This document shows, piece by piece, positions 1 to 12,430 of a stretch of DNA of 64,000 nt. Both the position numbers and the translations under genes were made by a program. The DNA comes from Lama guanicoe (Eukaryota): contig MU054323.1 in assembly GCA_013239625.1 (NCBI GenBank), positions 11,865,815 through 11,929,814 on the forward strand. Direction: 5' to 3'. The stretch's first letter is position 1. Each line of letters begins with the position of its first letter. The notes under the pieces are model-generated. The model searched no databases. It was not told the DNA's origin and worked only from the letters and a program-made list of their open reading frames with translations.

Positions 1-56
1 GGAGAAGCCTTGAAGATGTTCATGGTCCAAACTCAGCAACTTTACATCCCACGGAA

Positions 57-235
57 CAGTCTCTAGAAGTAGACTCTGAAGACCATCTGCGTCAATGTCA
101 CCTGGACAGCTTGATCCAAGTGCAGATTCCTAGGCTTCTCCTGAGACCAGGTGAATCTGATTCTCTGGACTAAGACCCCAGGATCGTCCTCTAAAGCAAA
201 ACCCCCAGGGAGTGTGTATGCAGCTCAAGCATGAG
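57..235. mobile_element. Degenerate hAT MITE (MER5-like)
   Basis: TCACCTGG..TGCAGATTCCTAGGC..GAATCTGATTCTCTGG pattern typical of MER5; boundaries approximate. Confidence 0.5.
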
Positions 236-262
236 CATGGAGGGAGGGGGCAGAGGAGGGAA

Positions 263-415
263 TAAGTATTTTCCAAGCAACTGTGCTCCATAACGTGCCA
301 AGCATTTTACACGGTAAGTCATTTAATCCTCCCAATGACACTACCATATTTATATTTTTATCTTCATTTTACAGATAAAGAAACCAAGATGCAGAGAGGC
401 TAAAGGTTTAACCTA
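263..415 (-). mobile_element. MIR SINE (one of many MIR/L2 relics, not all listed)
   Basis: CATTTAATCCTC...ATTTTACAGATAAAGAAACCAAG..CAGAGAGG MIR core. Confidence 0.7.
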
Positions 416-1547
416 ATGATAACAACTCACATGTTATAAAATAGAGTTTTCAAAGGTGATATATCCTCTTTCACAAAATAATTTTTTAAGTTCAGTGTAT
501 CAGTCAAAAATTGAGGTAGACCATTACCAACAGAATGACATTGGTCTATTTGATGAAAATGAAGATCTGCTTTGATTTTCCCAACAGAGAGAAGCAGATA
601 TAGTTCCTATGGGCATTTCCTTGACAGGGAACAGTCAGGGAGAAAAGGATCAGAAGGGAAGGTAGGATCAGGGGAGAAGAGAACTGACTCGCAAATTGGA
701 AAACTGAGTCAGGTGGGACCAAAAATCACCAGAAGGGCCACTTGAGGAATTCACATGCTATCATTTGGCCAAGTCACTGATTTGCAGTCAGAACTGCTTC
801 TCCAGCACTGAGACTCAGCTGGAATTCAGTGGCCCAGAAGTATAGACCCTGCAGAGCCACTTCTAACAGAAGGAAACAGCAAGCAAAAAATATCAACACC
901 CTTTCTCCCCGCTCCAGGTTTCAATATAACCTGCTGGGTTAGGCACTCCCTGGTCCTTCCCAGATTGCAGACCATGCCCAGCAAAGCGGACACAAACCCA
1001 GAGAAACAAATTTGCAATTCAGCCACCAGGAGTTACAAGGAGAGAACTGCCAGGTAGAATAAGCAGGCAGGAGACTGCAGCAGATGACAGTGGAGGTTTA
1101 ATTTCGTCATGCAGAGGAAGATTGGCAAGCATGTCCCAAATGGAGCAGATTACTGCAGTGGAGGTGAAATATTTCATAGGATATTTTCAGAGGGAGATGC
1201 ATGCAGAGGAAATGGTTCCAAATATATTATTTTTTAAAATATCTTTGCAGTAACAAGCTAGGTAGGAGCATGTGGGTAATTGATACATATGCATGAGAGC
1301 ATAATTAAGAACGATAAGACCTGGAAGATTTTCAAGCTCTATGGCAATTATAAACTATGAAAAAGTACCCTTCCTTGGGGTGTTGGGCTATTATTCAAGC
1401 ATCTCTCCTCATTATAGTGGCTGGAACTTACATAGCACCACAGAGAAATGGAATAAACAAGGGGTGAGTTATCAAAAACTAATAATGATGCCTGGCTTTG
1501 TGTTTTTCCAAGAATCTTCCCACAGATGATCTTATTTGATCCCTACA

Positions 1548-2025
1548 TGTATTAGTTCCCTATTGCTGCTGTAACAAATCACTACAAATTTAAGATGCTT
1601 AAAATAACTTTTTTTTTCTCTTTCAGCTCTAGAAGTCAGAAGTCCAAAAGGAGTCTTGCAGGACTAAATCAAGGTATCAGCGGGAGTTGTGAAGGCATCA
1701 GGGGAGAATCTGTTTCTTGTCTTTTCCAACTTGTAGTCCTTGGTCTGTGATCCCTTCCTGCACCTTCGAGCCCAGCCACATAACATCTTCAGGTCTCTCT
1801 CTGCTTCTGTGACCACATCACCTTTTGTCCCTCTGATCTCCTGCCTCTCTTTTATAAGGACCCCTGTGATTACATCAGATCCAACTGGATAATCCAAGAT
1901 AATCTGCCCATCTCAAAATCTTTAATTTAATCATATCTACAAAGTCCCTTTTGCCATAAAGGTCACATATTCACAGGTTCCAGGGATTAGGATGTGAAAT
2001 CTGTGGGGACACTGCTCAGGCAACC
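1548..2025 (-). mobile_element. MaLR (MLT1-type) LTR
   Basis: TGTATTAGTT..GCTGCTGTAACAAATCACTACAAA...CACATATTCACAGGTTCCAGGGATTAGGA signature. Confidence 0.8.
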
Positions 2026-3617
2026 CCACTCCAGAAAAACCTATGAAGCAGGTATATAAACCCATTTTGCAGATGAAGAAACTGAGATTCAGGTTTCCTG
2101 ACTTGACTTTGTTGGGCAATTTTATTCATGTGTCCCACCAATATTTACTGAGTGTCCTCTGTATGGGAGACACTATTGTATACACAGTAGAGGAAAGTCC
2201 ACCTTGAGGAGTTTCCATGCTAGTAGGAACAAGAAACAGTTATTTAAATATTAACATAGATATAGACATATTTGTCTTATAAAGGAATGGGGTGGTAGGA
2301 AAGAAAAGCAACACTTAGATTTGGGGGGAGTGAGGTCAGGGAATCCCCTCTGAGAAAGTGGTGTTTATGCCAAGACTTCAAGATGAATGGGAGGAGATGG
2401 TCAAAAGGAGGGGGAACAGCATTCAATCCTGAGGGAACAGAGAATGAAAATGCCCTGGAGTAGAGAGGAATCTACAGCTGGCTGGAGCATGGTGAGAAGA
2501 TGTTGCCTCTGCCTGGGAGCTTTTCCTGACCCTGGACTATGGACCCTCCTTGGACTTACAATACCCCTTCCACTCACCCCTCATCAGAACCCATGTTGAT
2601 TTTAATTTCCTGTGTATTGGGGTCTCTTTAACTAGACTGTGAATTATGGAGAACAAGACTGGATCGATTCCTCTCTGAATACCCAGCCTTGCACAGTTCT
2701 TGGCATGACCAAGGTGCTCAATAAACACTTGGAATAAATGTACAAATGAGTAATATACAAATTGTTCCTTCTAGAAAACTCCCTGTGCTCATTGATCAGG
2801 CCACAAAGTTACTGACATTATAACTACTGTGTGGAGAAAGTATTACTCCTTTATTTTTCCATAGCTGAAATAATCTTCCTCTCAAGCCCCTACTCCCTTC
2901 TCAATCCTGCCCTCCATCCACTAAAGAGTGAAGGGAAAATACTCTATTTAGTTCATCCAGTTCAAATTTTAGTTTTATCTCTTAGCAGCCTCTTTGTGTC
3001 GCTTAAGCTCTTTGGGATACCCAGGCCTTCAGAGTTCTGACCCTTTCCCAGCAAGATGGCAGCCATGTAGATCAAAAGGGCTTTTCAGCATGTGATCTAG
3101 TAGCTCTCCTATGCCCCTGCCCAATAAAAACTCTGAATTCTTCCCTATTGGAATGGAAGCTGTTTAAAGACAAGGACTGTGTTCTATCAGGGACTCTGGG
3201 CAGTACTGAAAGCAGGGAATGAACTTCCTATGATATCAATAGTATTACTGACTATAACTAAAGGTGACAGACCAAATCCCAGGACAGTCAGCACTCTGTG
3301 ACCAGCTAGTACAAAAGATCAAACTTCTGGTGACACACTTTTCCTTGGTCTCATTTTCCTGATCTGTGAAGGATGAAAAATAAAAATATGGATAAGATGC
3401 TTACTGGATTCAATTTACAAAATTAAGGTGAAAAAGATTATTTGGGGGATGGAAGACAAAAGATTCAGAAAAGAAAGCATGACCACCCTCCCCCCTCCCC
3501 CACTACACCTCTAATCTGATTCATTCTCCTAACGCTGTCGTTTCACCAGAGGTCAAGATCCTATCTAGTCATGTCCCAATTACTCTCTCTGGAGTTGTAG
3601 AACTCCCATTATCTTGG

Positions 3618-3822
3618 TTTTTTTTTTCTTTTTTAATTGAAGTACAGTTGATTTACAATGTTGTGTTAGTTTCTAGGTGTCCAGCATAGTGATTCGATGA
3701 CATATATACATTCTTTTCACATTCTTTTTCATGATAGGTTATTTCAAGCTACTGAATATAGTTCCCTGTGCTACACAGCAGGACCTTATTGCTTGTCTAT
3801 TCTGTATATAGTAGTTTGTATC
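3618..3822 (-). mobile_element. L1 3' end fragment
   Basis: Poly(T) followed by TTGAAGTACAGTTGATTTACAATGTTGTG...GTTCCCTGTGCTACACAG; same family as the copies at 55.9 and 59.8 kb. Confidence 0.85.
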
Positions 3823-5266
3823 CTGCCTCCTTTTCCAACCTTGTCTTTCTGATTCTGTAATGTTAGGCAACCTAATTTCTCTCTGCCACAGCACCCTAGT
3901 CTGGAGATACTCCTACTTCCCTCACTATTGTTTGCAGCCAATTAATCGAACCTGACATGGCACAGGCCAGAGAGCAGCAGCTCAGTACACCCTAGTTTAT
4001 TCCAGGCTGGGAGGCCCACAGCCCTGTACCCAGACCGGTCACGGGACATTATTTTTTCTGTAGCCTCTGCTCTGGACCTGGGAATGCCTTCCCACCTGAG
4101 GCCCCTCCTGGAATCCTTTCCATTTTCCCAAGCCCTGGGCAAGTTCCTCTCCCGGAAGCCATCTCAGAATTGTTCAGGCCACACCAGTCTCTTTCTTGCT
4201 AAATACTCACTGCACTGATCCTCAGCAGAACCATACATTTTAGGTCTTAATTCTCTTCCATTTGTTCCACGTGACTTGTATTCTCAACTAGCTGTGTCCT
4301 AGACATCTTAGACCAGAGAAGCCAAGAGGGGGCCTTCCCCCCTCATTGGCGGGTGGTATTTGGATGCTTCTCTGCCCCAGGACCTGCAAACTCAGACCAG
4401 GGGCCCAATGAGGCAGAGCCCTCCAGCCCTTCCAGCCACGCGGGCTCCTGCAGCAGTTGGAGGCCTCTCTCAAACAGAGACGGTGGTAAGAAAGCTGATT
4501 TGCCCATAAGTAAGTAACTTGTAATTATGGAACATTATTCTCAACAGACCAGCAGACGGAAACCAATTTGCATAACAGACGTGGTTATTCATGGAAATGT
4601 TTGTGATTTATCTACCAAAGCAGATGAAGACCCTAAAATTACGGGTGCATGTCAGCACCAGGAAGCAAAATGCCAGCTTTGCCCTCTTCTCAGCAAGGTA
4701 CACACACTGCCCACGGGTCAGATTCAGCACCCTCAGATCCCTGGCAGCTGGGGAGATCCAGAAAAAGCACAGATCTGAGAGAGCAGCACAGGAGGAAGGA
4801 TGCAGCAGTGCACAAACCACCCAGCACTTCCCACTCTGCCAAGAGGTCAGTGCTCCCAGTGCCCAGCCAATGGGTACCTTGCATGAGTCTGGTATGTCCT
4901 GCAACCTACCTCTGGAGCCCATCTTGGAGAGGCAGCGAGGGAACAAAGAAATCTGGCAAAGCCAACTTAGTAGGTTCTGAAGCACATAAGATCTTTGCAT
5001 ACATCAGGATCATTTTAGTGGGGTTTTTTTGTGACAATATGAGTTTTGTGAATACCTGGATTGTCAAGTCTTGGCCCCAGAATCTCTAATGTAAGTGGTG
5101 AATTAAGGTGTCTCCCTGCATGCCCAGAGAAACAGCCACTCTAAAGTGCAACCAACAGAAAATCATCTGTAAGCTGGAGGAACGTGACATGAAGTGAAAC
5201 TGCTGTATGTTAAAATGAAGAGGGTGATCTAGGGGCTCTTGGAAGCTGTGTGATTAAAACCCTTGA

Positions 5267-5418
5267 GGGGAAAGTACAGCTCAGTGGTAGAGCGACTGCT
5301 TAGCATGCACGAGGTCCTGCATTCAATTCCCCAGTAACTCCACTAAATATAAGCAAATAAACCTAATTACCGCCCCTAAATAAATAAAATAATAATTAAT
5401 AATAATAATAATAATAAA
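5267..5418 (+). mobile_element. tRNA-derived SINE (camelid Vic-1-like)
   Basis: GGGG..AGCTCAGTGGTAGAGC (A box)..TTAGCATGCACGAGGTCCTG..TTCAATT (B box), followed by AAACCTAATTAC and an (AAT)n tail. Confidence 0.8.
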
Positions 5419-7161
5419 CAACCCTAGGCGACTCTGATCTAAGATCCCAAAGGTCAGACACACTGAGGAGGTTATCTAGGTCCCCTACAGCATGTAAATT
5501 ACCCAAACCCCACGGTCAACTCTTTTAAACCAAGTAAACAATCAAGTTAAGAACTTCGGCTTTGAAGCAAAACTGAGCTCCTTTAAAGACCACTTTCTTT
5601 ATGAATGGGCTTTAATAATGAGAGCTCTTACAGTTAAGAGACCACGCTGTAGAGAATAAACAGATACTAGCCAAATGAAACTTCATAGATGTGGGGTTCT
5701 CAGGGGGGAATTCACACTTGAAGATAAAGACCTAGGGTTCATCTTTAAGGTCTTTGTTTCTTCTAAAAATTAACTTCTAAATGCCTACGAATAACATTTA
5801 ATTGTTGCCTGCCTTTAAAAAAAATTATTTGTGAGGGGTGGAAAAACTTCCAGTTTCAGAATCCCAAACTTTTACTTAACTCAAAGGCTGGCTCTGCCTA
5901 AGGCCCCTACACACTTCCTACTGCCTTTGGCTTAAAGGATATTTATACAAGCTCCCCTGGGTTCCCAGCAACATTAAAGGCAGCAGCTATTAGTCAAATA
6001 AACCAACGCATGTGGTGCTTTAAGGGCAGGGCAGATCACAGAGAATCTCTTTGATCAGGCCTAATGGGAACCCACCCTCCTGATGCGGATTAACTGGTGG
6101 TGACCGGGAGAGCACGTGTTGTGGAATTATGGGTCCTCCCCATACACTCAGGGAAGCAGCCTCTCAAAAACGCAGTCGACAGAAGATGATCTGTAAACTT
6201 GGACAGCGCAGCCCGCCACGAGCGCTCCATGTGTTCAGAGGAAGAAGATGATGTCATACAAGCGCAAGCTGATGAGTGAAAGTGACTGACAGCTGATTCC
6301 GGCGCAGTCAGAAAGCAGAGCTCTCCGCTGTCGGGGAACGCCGGCCGTGGGGGAAGATGGGGGCGGGGGCGCGCAGCTGGCGGCACAAATATTTAATCAC
6401 TAGAAAGGCCTATGCTGTAAGGGCCCAGTCTCGTCTCACTCCCTGGGCTTTAAGTCTGTTTAGCATCTAATAACTAGTTTGCTTTTCGAGGTCCCCAGAG
6501 GTGGTGCTTCTAGGAGGGCGGACACAAGCAACCAGTCACTCTAAGGGGGCCTCCTCCAGATGGAGGAGCATTGCCAGTACATGAACACGGCAGTGGGGAC
6601 CCAGGTTCCCAGGGACTGGCCACTTCCAGGTGCCCTGACCAGTTGAGTCTTGAACTGTGAAGCTACAGCACAGCACTCAGAAGCCCCGCCAGAAACTAGC
6701 CTGCATCTCTGCCTCCACCTCCCACTGCCTCCTAATAAGGGGACTTCTGGCATGCCTTGTTGGTCTAAAACAGGACCTGGTTACTTGTGGTCTATGACAT
6801 AGGCAGTTGCAAAGGCACTGAGGATGGGTGCTGAGCGTATCTGAGAAATGACGAGAAATCTTGGGAAGTGGCTTCTCAGAGGCGGTCTTTGTCTGGGTAG
6901 GACACAGACATGGGGTGGACGGAAAATGTCTCAAACATGGAATGTGAGGGCCGGAAGCATCTGAGGCTCCTGTTCTAAGGCCGGGTTTCTCTCTTGCTTT
7001 ATGAAGGGCAAGAGGCTCCTCTGACATGGGAATAACTGCCCATGCTCAGCTCAGCCCTGCCTTCTACCTCCTGGGGGTGAGCAGCTGCAGACCACCCGTG
7101 TTCCCGTGTTCTGGTTCTGCTGTCTCTCTGGAGCAGTGCTCCCTACGCCCTTCCCAGCCCT

Positions 7162-7216
7162 ACACACACACACGCACGCACGCACGCACGCACGCATGCA
7201 CGCACTTACACACGCA
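7162..7216. repeat. Compound (CA)n/(CACG)n microsatellite
   Basis: ACACACACACACGCACGCACGCACGCACGCACGCATGCACGCAC. Confidence 0.9.
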
Positions 7217-7495
7217 GTCTGTTTCCAGCTGCATGGCTGATAGGGTTTGGAATTATCAAGACAGCTTGTTTGACAGACCTAAGGCTAGTTCTGTCCTCCA
7301 ACCTGGTCTCTATCAGTAATAAAACGACATTGGGACTCTAGTTTTATTTCTCAACTTAAGATTCTGGACGAGGAAGAGGTATGTTATTTATTGGGAACCC
7401 AAACAGTTTTGATGGAAACGACCCAGGTTTTGAAGCCTGATATTTAAATTCTGACTCTACTCACTAGTCTAGGAATTTGGCCAAGCCAGGTGACT

Positions 7496-7850
7496 CAGCA
7501 GTTCTCCAAGGGTGGTCTGTGGACCCCTGGGATTTCAGGATCCTTTCAGGGGCCCTGCAGGGCCCAAACTATTTGCATAATAACACTAAACTGTTCTTGT
7601 CCTTTTTTGCTGTGTTGACGTTTACTCCCATGGTGCAGAAGCAGTGGTCAGGAAACAGCTGGTGCCTTACAGTCAGACCAAGCCCTGCCTGACGCCATGT
7701 TTAACACCCTCACACATTTGCAGGAGAACAGAGGAGAAAGCCAATTTCATTTAAGAATATCTTCGATAAAGCAGTAAAAAATGATGAATTTTAGTAAATC
7801 TCAACCTTTGAACTCATGCCTTTTCAATATGCTGTCCCGGGGAAGTACAA
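7496..7850 (+). mobile_element. hAT-Charlie DNA transposon fragment
   Basis: CAG..TTCTCCAAGGGTGGTC terminus and decayed transposase-like TTAAGAATATCTTCGATAAAGCAGTAAAAA...AAATCTCAACCTTTGA. Confidence 0.65.
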
Positions 7851-7854
7851 GGAC

Positions 7855-8280
7855 AGAGAACCCCTGGTGAGATCCCTTCCCACATGCTGTTTTCCTTGGC
7901 TCCCCAGAGGGCAGATTTCCAGCAGGTTCTAGAGAGCAGATCTGGAGCAATTCCAGAGTAGAGATCTCCAGCAAGTCTGCGACGTTACCTGGCCCTCAGT
8001 GACTTCTCGGCTGTGCAGGAACCACAGCCGTGCCCTCTCTACCAAGGCTTGGATCAGCTCTGGGTTCGGGAAGGGGGTTCTTTCTTGGTCCCCCTATCTC
8101 AGCCCTAGGGATAGTGGTACCCTCGTATCTACTATGGTTGCTTTATTTAGCTCTCTTATTACTTTCTATACCCCATCCCTCGTTAATCCAATCCCGTTAC
8201 AGTTAAAAAGTCTTTATATGAACGTCCCTGTTCAACTTACTATGTGGTTTCTCTCTCCTGACTGGACCCACAGTAATACC
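7855..8280 (+). mobile_element. Old ERVL-type LTR fragment
   Basis: 3' end ...CCCTGTTCAACTTACTATGTGGTTTCTCTCTCCTGACTGGACCC resembles ERVL LTR ends; family not certain. Confidence 0.5.
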
Positions 8281-9891
8281 CGTACAATAAGATAGTTTCC
8301 TCCACAAGGACCATCCCTAGAAAGGAAGCACTGGGCCCGACAGCTCTCCGAATGTTCAGTAAGATTCCATGGAGGTAGAAAGGGGTTTTTAAAGCCCCTG
8401 CCCAGAGAGCCTGGTCTTGCATGGGGTGCATCTGAGCTGGGGGGGGCTTGCTCATTCACAGAATGCCCCGTGTGCTTCTTGTGCCCTCTGTATCACACAT
8501 CTCACAAGACGGATGGAACGAGATGCCTTCCGGCTGAGTGGGGGAGGGCAAAGCGGGGGAGCAGTTCTGAAGTCGCCTATTAAACCTCTTCCTTCCCTCT
8601 CTTCCTCTGCCTCCCTGGGGACTCTACTGAGGAAGGATGGCTCGGCAAGACCGCAGGGTCTGGGGACACCTCCTCTGCACCCCTGCCTGCCCAGAGCTGC
8701 CCTCATCCGGTCACACTCTCAACCTGGCCTTTGTCCGGGTCTCCGATGACATGAAGTAGGACAGGACAGCCTCCTCCCCTCCCCTCCCTTCCAGAATGGC
8801 CTGTTGTACAGCCACCAGGGTTTGGGTTGACAACAGGCTTGACTGCAAAGGCACCTATCAGGCCCTTCTGGGGTTCTGAGAAACTTGACGAGACAGCCCA
8901 GAAAGAGTTAAGTCACAAGAACCTTGAGTCAGTCACTTACAGTTTGAAGCTTGCAGTCCTCCCACCCCCAGCCCCCGTTTCCCTGTTCTGACCCCAGATA
9001 TGGGGGAGGGGGATTACCTTGCTGCAATGGTAGCCTCCAACTTCACTGCCTATGAGCTACTTGAGTCACTAAACAGAAGGGCTCTCAGACCAAAGCAGGA
9101 GGCTCGGATCACATGGTTAATTGAATCAATTTAAAACACAGCAAAAAGCAAGGCGTACTTAGGATGTTGTGGAAGGACCACAGGACTGAATCCTGGGCTA
9201 TGCACTGCTCCTATGTCCTGTGCCTCCGCACATCAGCCCTTCCTGCTGATGGCGTGGTCACAAGCACTGGAGCTGACTTGAGCAAGGAACCCAAACAACA
9301 GTAGGTGCTGGGCCTAACCACACAGGAGCTCTATCAGCGAGACGGGGTAGGGGTGGTGGGGCACAGCTGCAGCCCACCAATTAGTCAGCTGAAAGCCATA
9401 GCTGCGTACCTGCATTTCTAGGGGTTAGAGTGGGACCATATGGGGCATCACCAATGGGCGGCTGATTGAAGATTGAGTGCCTCGTGGGTCTCGTGTATGT
9501 CTGGTTTAGCCCGAATATTTGATGCTTCACGGGCCTCATGCATATTTAATGTGAGTCATGAATATTCAAGCCTCCTCAGCTCCATCATCCCTTCCTATCC
9601 ACGTTCACACCATGGTTCAGTCTCTTTATCTATGTCTAACACGTCTCTCAAGCCATTTGCTTCTATACTTAGTTTTTTCTATCCTCCTTGATTGTTTCTC
9701 TTACTTTTTAGAGCAGAATCCAATATTCTCCAATAATCCAGTAACACATGACACCACATCTGTCCAGGAGAACAGTAACCCCTAGACCCAACTCTATGAT
9801 TTGCAAGGGTTCTGCAATCTTATTTAACAATCTTATTTAATCTTTGCCACCATCCTGGGAGGCCGGAGTCACCAGCCCAAAGCAGAAGATG

Positions 9892-9970
9892 AGCTCGGTG
9901 GTAAAGCGTGTGCTTAGCATGCACAAGGTCCTGGGTTCAATCCCTAGTACCTCCATTTAAAAAAAAAAAA
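9892..9970 (+). mobile_element. 5'-truncated Vic-1-like SINE inserted in a MIR
   Basis: AGCTCGGTGGTAAAGCG..GGTTCAATCCCTAGTACCTCCA plus poly(A); flanked by the direct repeat AAGATGA. Confidence 0.8.
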
Positions 9971-11637
9971 AGATGAATACAGTGATACTCAGAGAGGTTA
10001 AATGACTTTTTCAAGGCCACGCAGCTTCACATCCAATTGGTGGCAGAGGGTACATAAGCTCACGTCATCCGGCTTCTGGTCAACTGTGTCGCCCATTTCA
10101 CTAGCCCACCCACTCTGGATCATTCTCACTCCCTTAAGAACAAAAACTTTCACAACAGAGCTTGCAGGATTCAAACCTCACAGCCTGGACAGCCTGGCAT
10201 AGTCTAATGTAAAGAAACCATCAGTTCTGGAAGCCTTGGTGTCGTTCACATGTGCACTCGGACACCAACGAGCTGACCTCAGCAACAATCTCACAGGCCC
10301 CTTTCCAGGCAGTGCCTGCAAACCCAACTGGCCTCTGGTTTGCTCTGTTTCAGAAACCACTTACCTTCTCCCCCAGTGGAATCCAGGGGGCTCTGCTGAG
10401 TGGAGGCCTGGCTCTACGCTAAGCAGCTGATCTACGTGATCATGTGATCCAGTCTCCCTTGGGACCACAGATACATTGGCAACTCACCAGAAGTAATTTA
10501 CACTAGTAAATGGTGAAGCTGGCCTCAAGCAAGCATCTTTTTTTAAGCTCAGCCTGTGCTCCTGGCAAATTTATCTCCAGCCAGAGGCAGATTTAGAAGT
10601 TATACAGTCCAACTTCCTCCAACTGCACACATAACTTTTGTAAATAGTTGAATTGAGAAGTCAGGGAACCATCTAAGGCCCCATGGAGAGTTTTTCAGGA
10701 GAACAAAAAACACTCAGACTCCTTGCCAAGGTGAGGCCCTCCTCCTTCCACCAGCCCACCCTGCCGGTGTCCAGCTGTGCAACTACTGTCTGCATTTTCT
10801 TCTGTAAGCAGGAGCAGCTACACGCATCGAAGCTTAGGATGGAGATGAGGACTGAATAACTAGGCTTGACCTTGGCCTGGATCTGGCCCAGGACCAGCCC
10901 CTTCCCACTGCTTACAGAACTTCTACTGCCACTAACACCCTAAAAGCAAACGTCCCTGGAAATTTGCTCAACTTGTTAACCCCTCTGGGAGGATGAACTC
11001 TGAATGTATACGAGAAAATGATGCCCAAGACCCTGGAATGTCAAGATACGAAGAATGTCTTCAGACAGGGTCTAGTGAGCTTTTCAAAGGTGGTTTAAAC
11101 TGCCCTCTTGGTCAGGGCATGGTGCTTGGCATCAGAGTGAAACTGTACCTTATGCAACATCATAAGGACCCTTCTAGAGGAAAGTCATGTCCCTAAGCTA
11201 ACTTCACATACTAATATTTTCAGTTAAAAAACTCAAATCGGTGGACTTTTTAAATGACTCACCTTAAATTACTTCAAAAATCATTCATTCATTCAATAAA
11301 TACCAAATGTGAGTTAGGTACTAAGCCAGGCGCTGGGGTGCAAGAATGAGTGGACTAGGGGCATCGTCAAAGAGATGCATTTGAAACAAGGGCTTAAAAA
11401 CATAGTTTACTTTTTTCAGAAATGAATAAACTGTATACAATAAAATGCAGTGCATCAATTAAAAACTAAGCAGGAAAAAGGAGGCAAGAAAAGGACAGTC
11501 AGTCCCTGTGGGGCTAAAGCTGGGCTTTTGAGCTGAGTCAGGCTGGCAGGACACTAAATTAGCCAGGGTCTCCCAGACTGGAGGCTGAAGCTGTCCTCTG
11601 CAGTCAGGCACCCAGGAAAGAGCTCTTGTGTAGGGAC

Positions 11638-11656
11638 AGAGCGCCATCTAGTGCCT
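11638..11656 (-). promoter_or_regulatory. CTCF motif
   Basis: Minus strand GGCACTAGATGGCGCTCT, a close match to the CTCF core CCASYAGRKGGCRS. Confidence 0.6.
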
Positions 11657-12014
11657 TCACAGCCTCAGCACAAGCCACCATGAGGGAAGAAAGGTGACTC
11701 CCTATGGAGGAGAAATCAGGTTAATCTTTTTAAGTGCACTGGCAAATGCCAGACATGCTCAAATGTCGTCTTATGAAACTCACCCTGTGAGGCTAGTATG
11801 GTACTCACCGTTTTATCGATGAGGCTGCAGAGATTCAGAATGGGGAAGTACCTTGACGCAGGTCCCTGGAGCTAAGACTGGGATTTGAATTCATTTCTTC
11901 AGACTCTGAGGACCCTGCTGACAGTGGTGGAGAGGAAGGGATCGAGCATCTCATGACCAAGCTTGAAGCTCTTGGCTGATGCCTCAGCCCCTCAGGAGAG
12001 AGCTCAATGCCAGG

Positions 12015-12430
12015 TGTCAGCTGAGGGAGGCTGGAGGCTGGAGAGGGATTCCAGGAGGTGAGCTGCCCAACTGGAAAAATGCTCGGAGAGCCGACATAAT
12101 GCGCGAGGAGCCAACATGGAGTGAAACAGCACTTTCTTGCAGTATTGCAGCTGGTGGCGCGCGCGGCAGGCGGCGCTCAGCACTTTCTTCTGGTTCAACA
12201 AGATGGCGCGCCCCGGCGTGGCTCACTTGTCCTTTATATATCTACACATACACACATATATAGATATATTCTGCCTGCGCATGCGTATTGTTCATAATGC
12301 TGACTCATGATACTGGCACATGCGTGGTGGTCATGCTACTGGCGCATGCTTACATTTACCTCTTACGAGGTGCAAGCTACTGTGAACTTTGGCCTGGGTC
12401 CCACGGCCTGCTCACTGAAGGCTGCCGACA
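12015..12430 (-). mobile_element. Solo LTR of an endogenous retrovirus, 416 bp, CpG-rich
   Basis: TG...CA termini with short inverted repeat (TGTCAGC / GCCGACA); perfect 5-bp TSD CCAGG (12010-12014 and 12431-12435); minus-strand TATATAAAGG at 12240-12231. Confidence 0.85.

Noticed and set aside
4566..4580. OCT-SOX composite-like ATTTGCATAACAGAC
   Set aside because: The octamer is perfect but the SOX half is poor; a single motif without supporting context.
4527..5089. Stack of 83-146 aa ORFs on both strands
   Set aside because: No recognisable domain and no convincing exon structure; consistent with chance ORFs.
5267..5343. Possible tRNA-Ala gene (also 9892-9955)
   Set aside because: Acceptor and T stems are broken or truncated, and A-rich tails with flanking direct repeats mark them as SINEs.
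5720..5763. Imperfect hairpin (AAAGACCT...AGGTCTTT) as a miRNA or structured RNA
   Set aside because: Stem too short and interrupted for a pre-miRNA; no other support.
6090..6386. 98-aa ORF suggesting a processed pseudogene
   Set aside because: GTG start, no protein I recognise in any frame, and no clear poly(A) tail or TSD. Kept only as a CpG patch.
9815..9840. 13-bp tandem duplication CAATCTTATTTAA x2
   Set aside because: Ordinary slippage duplication with no evident function.
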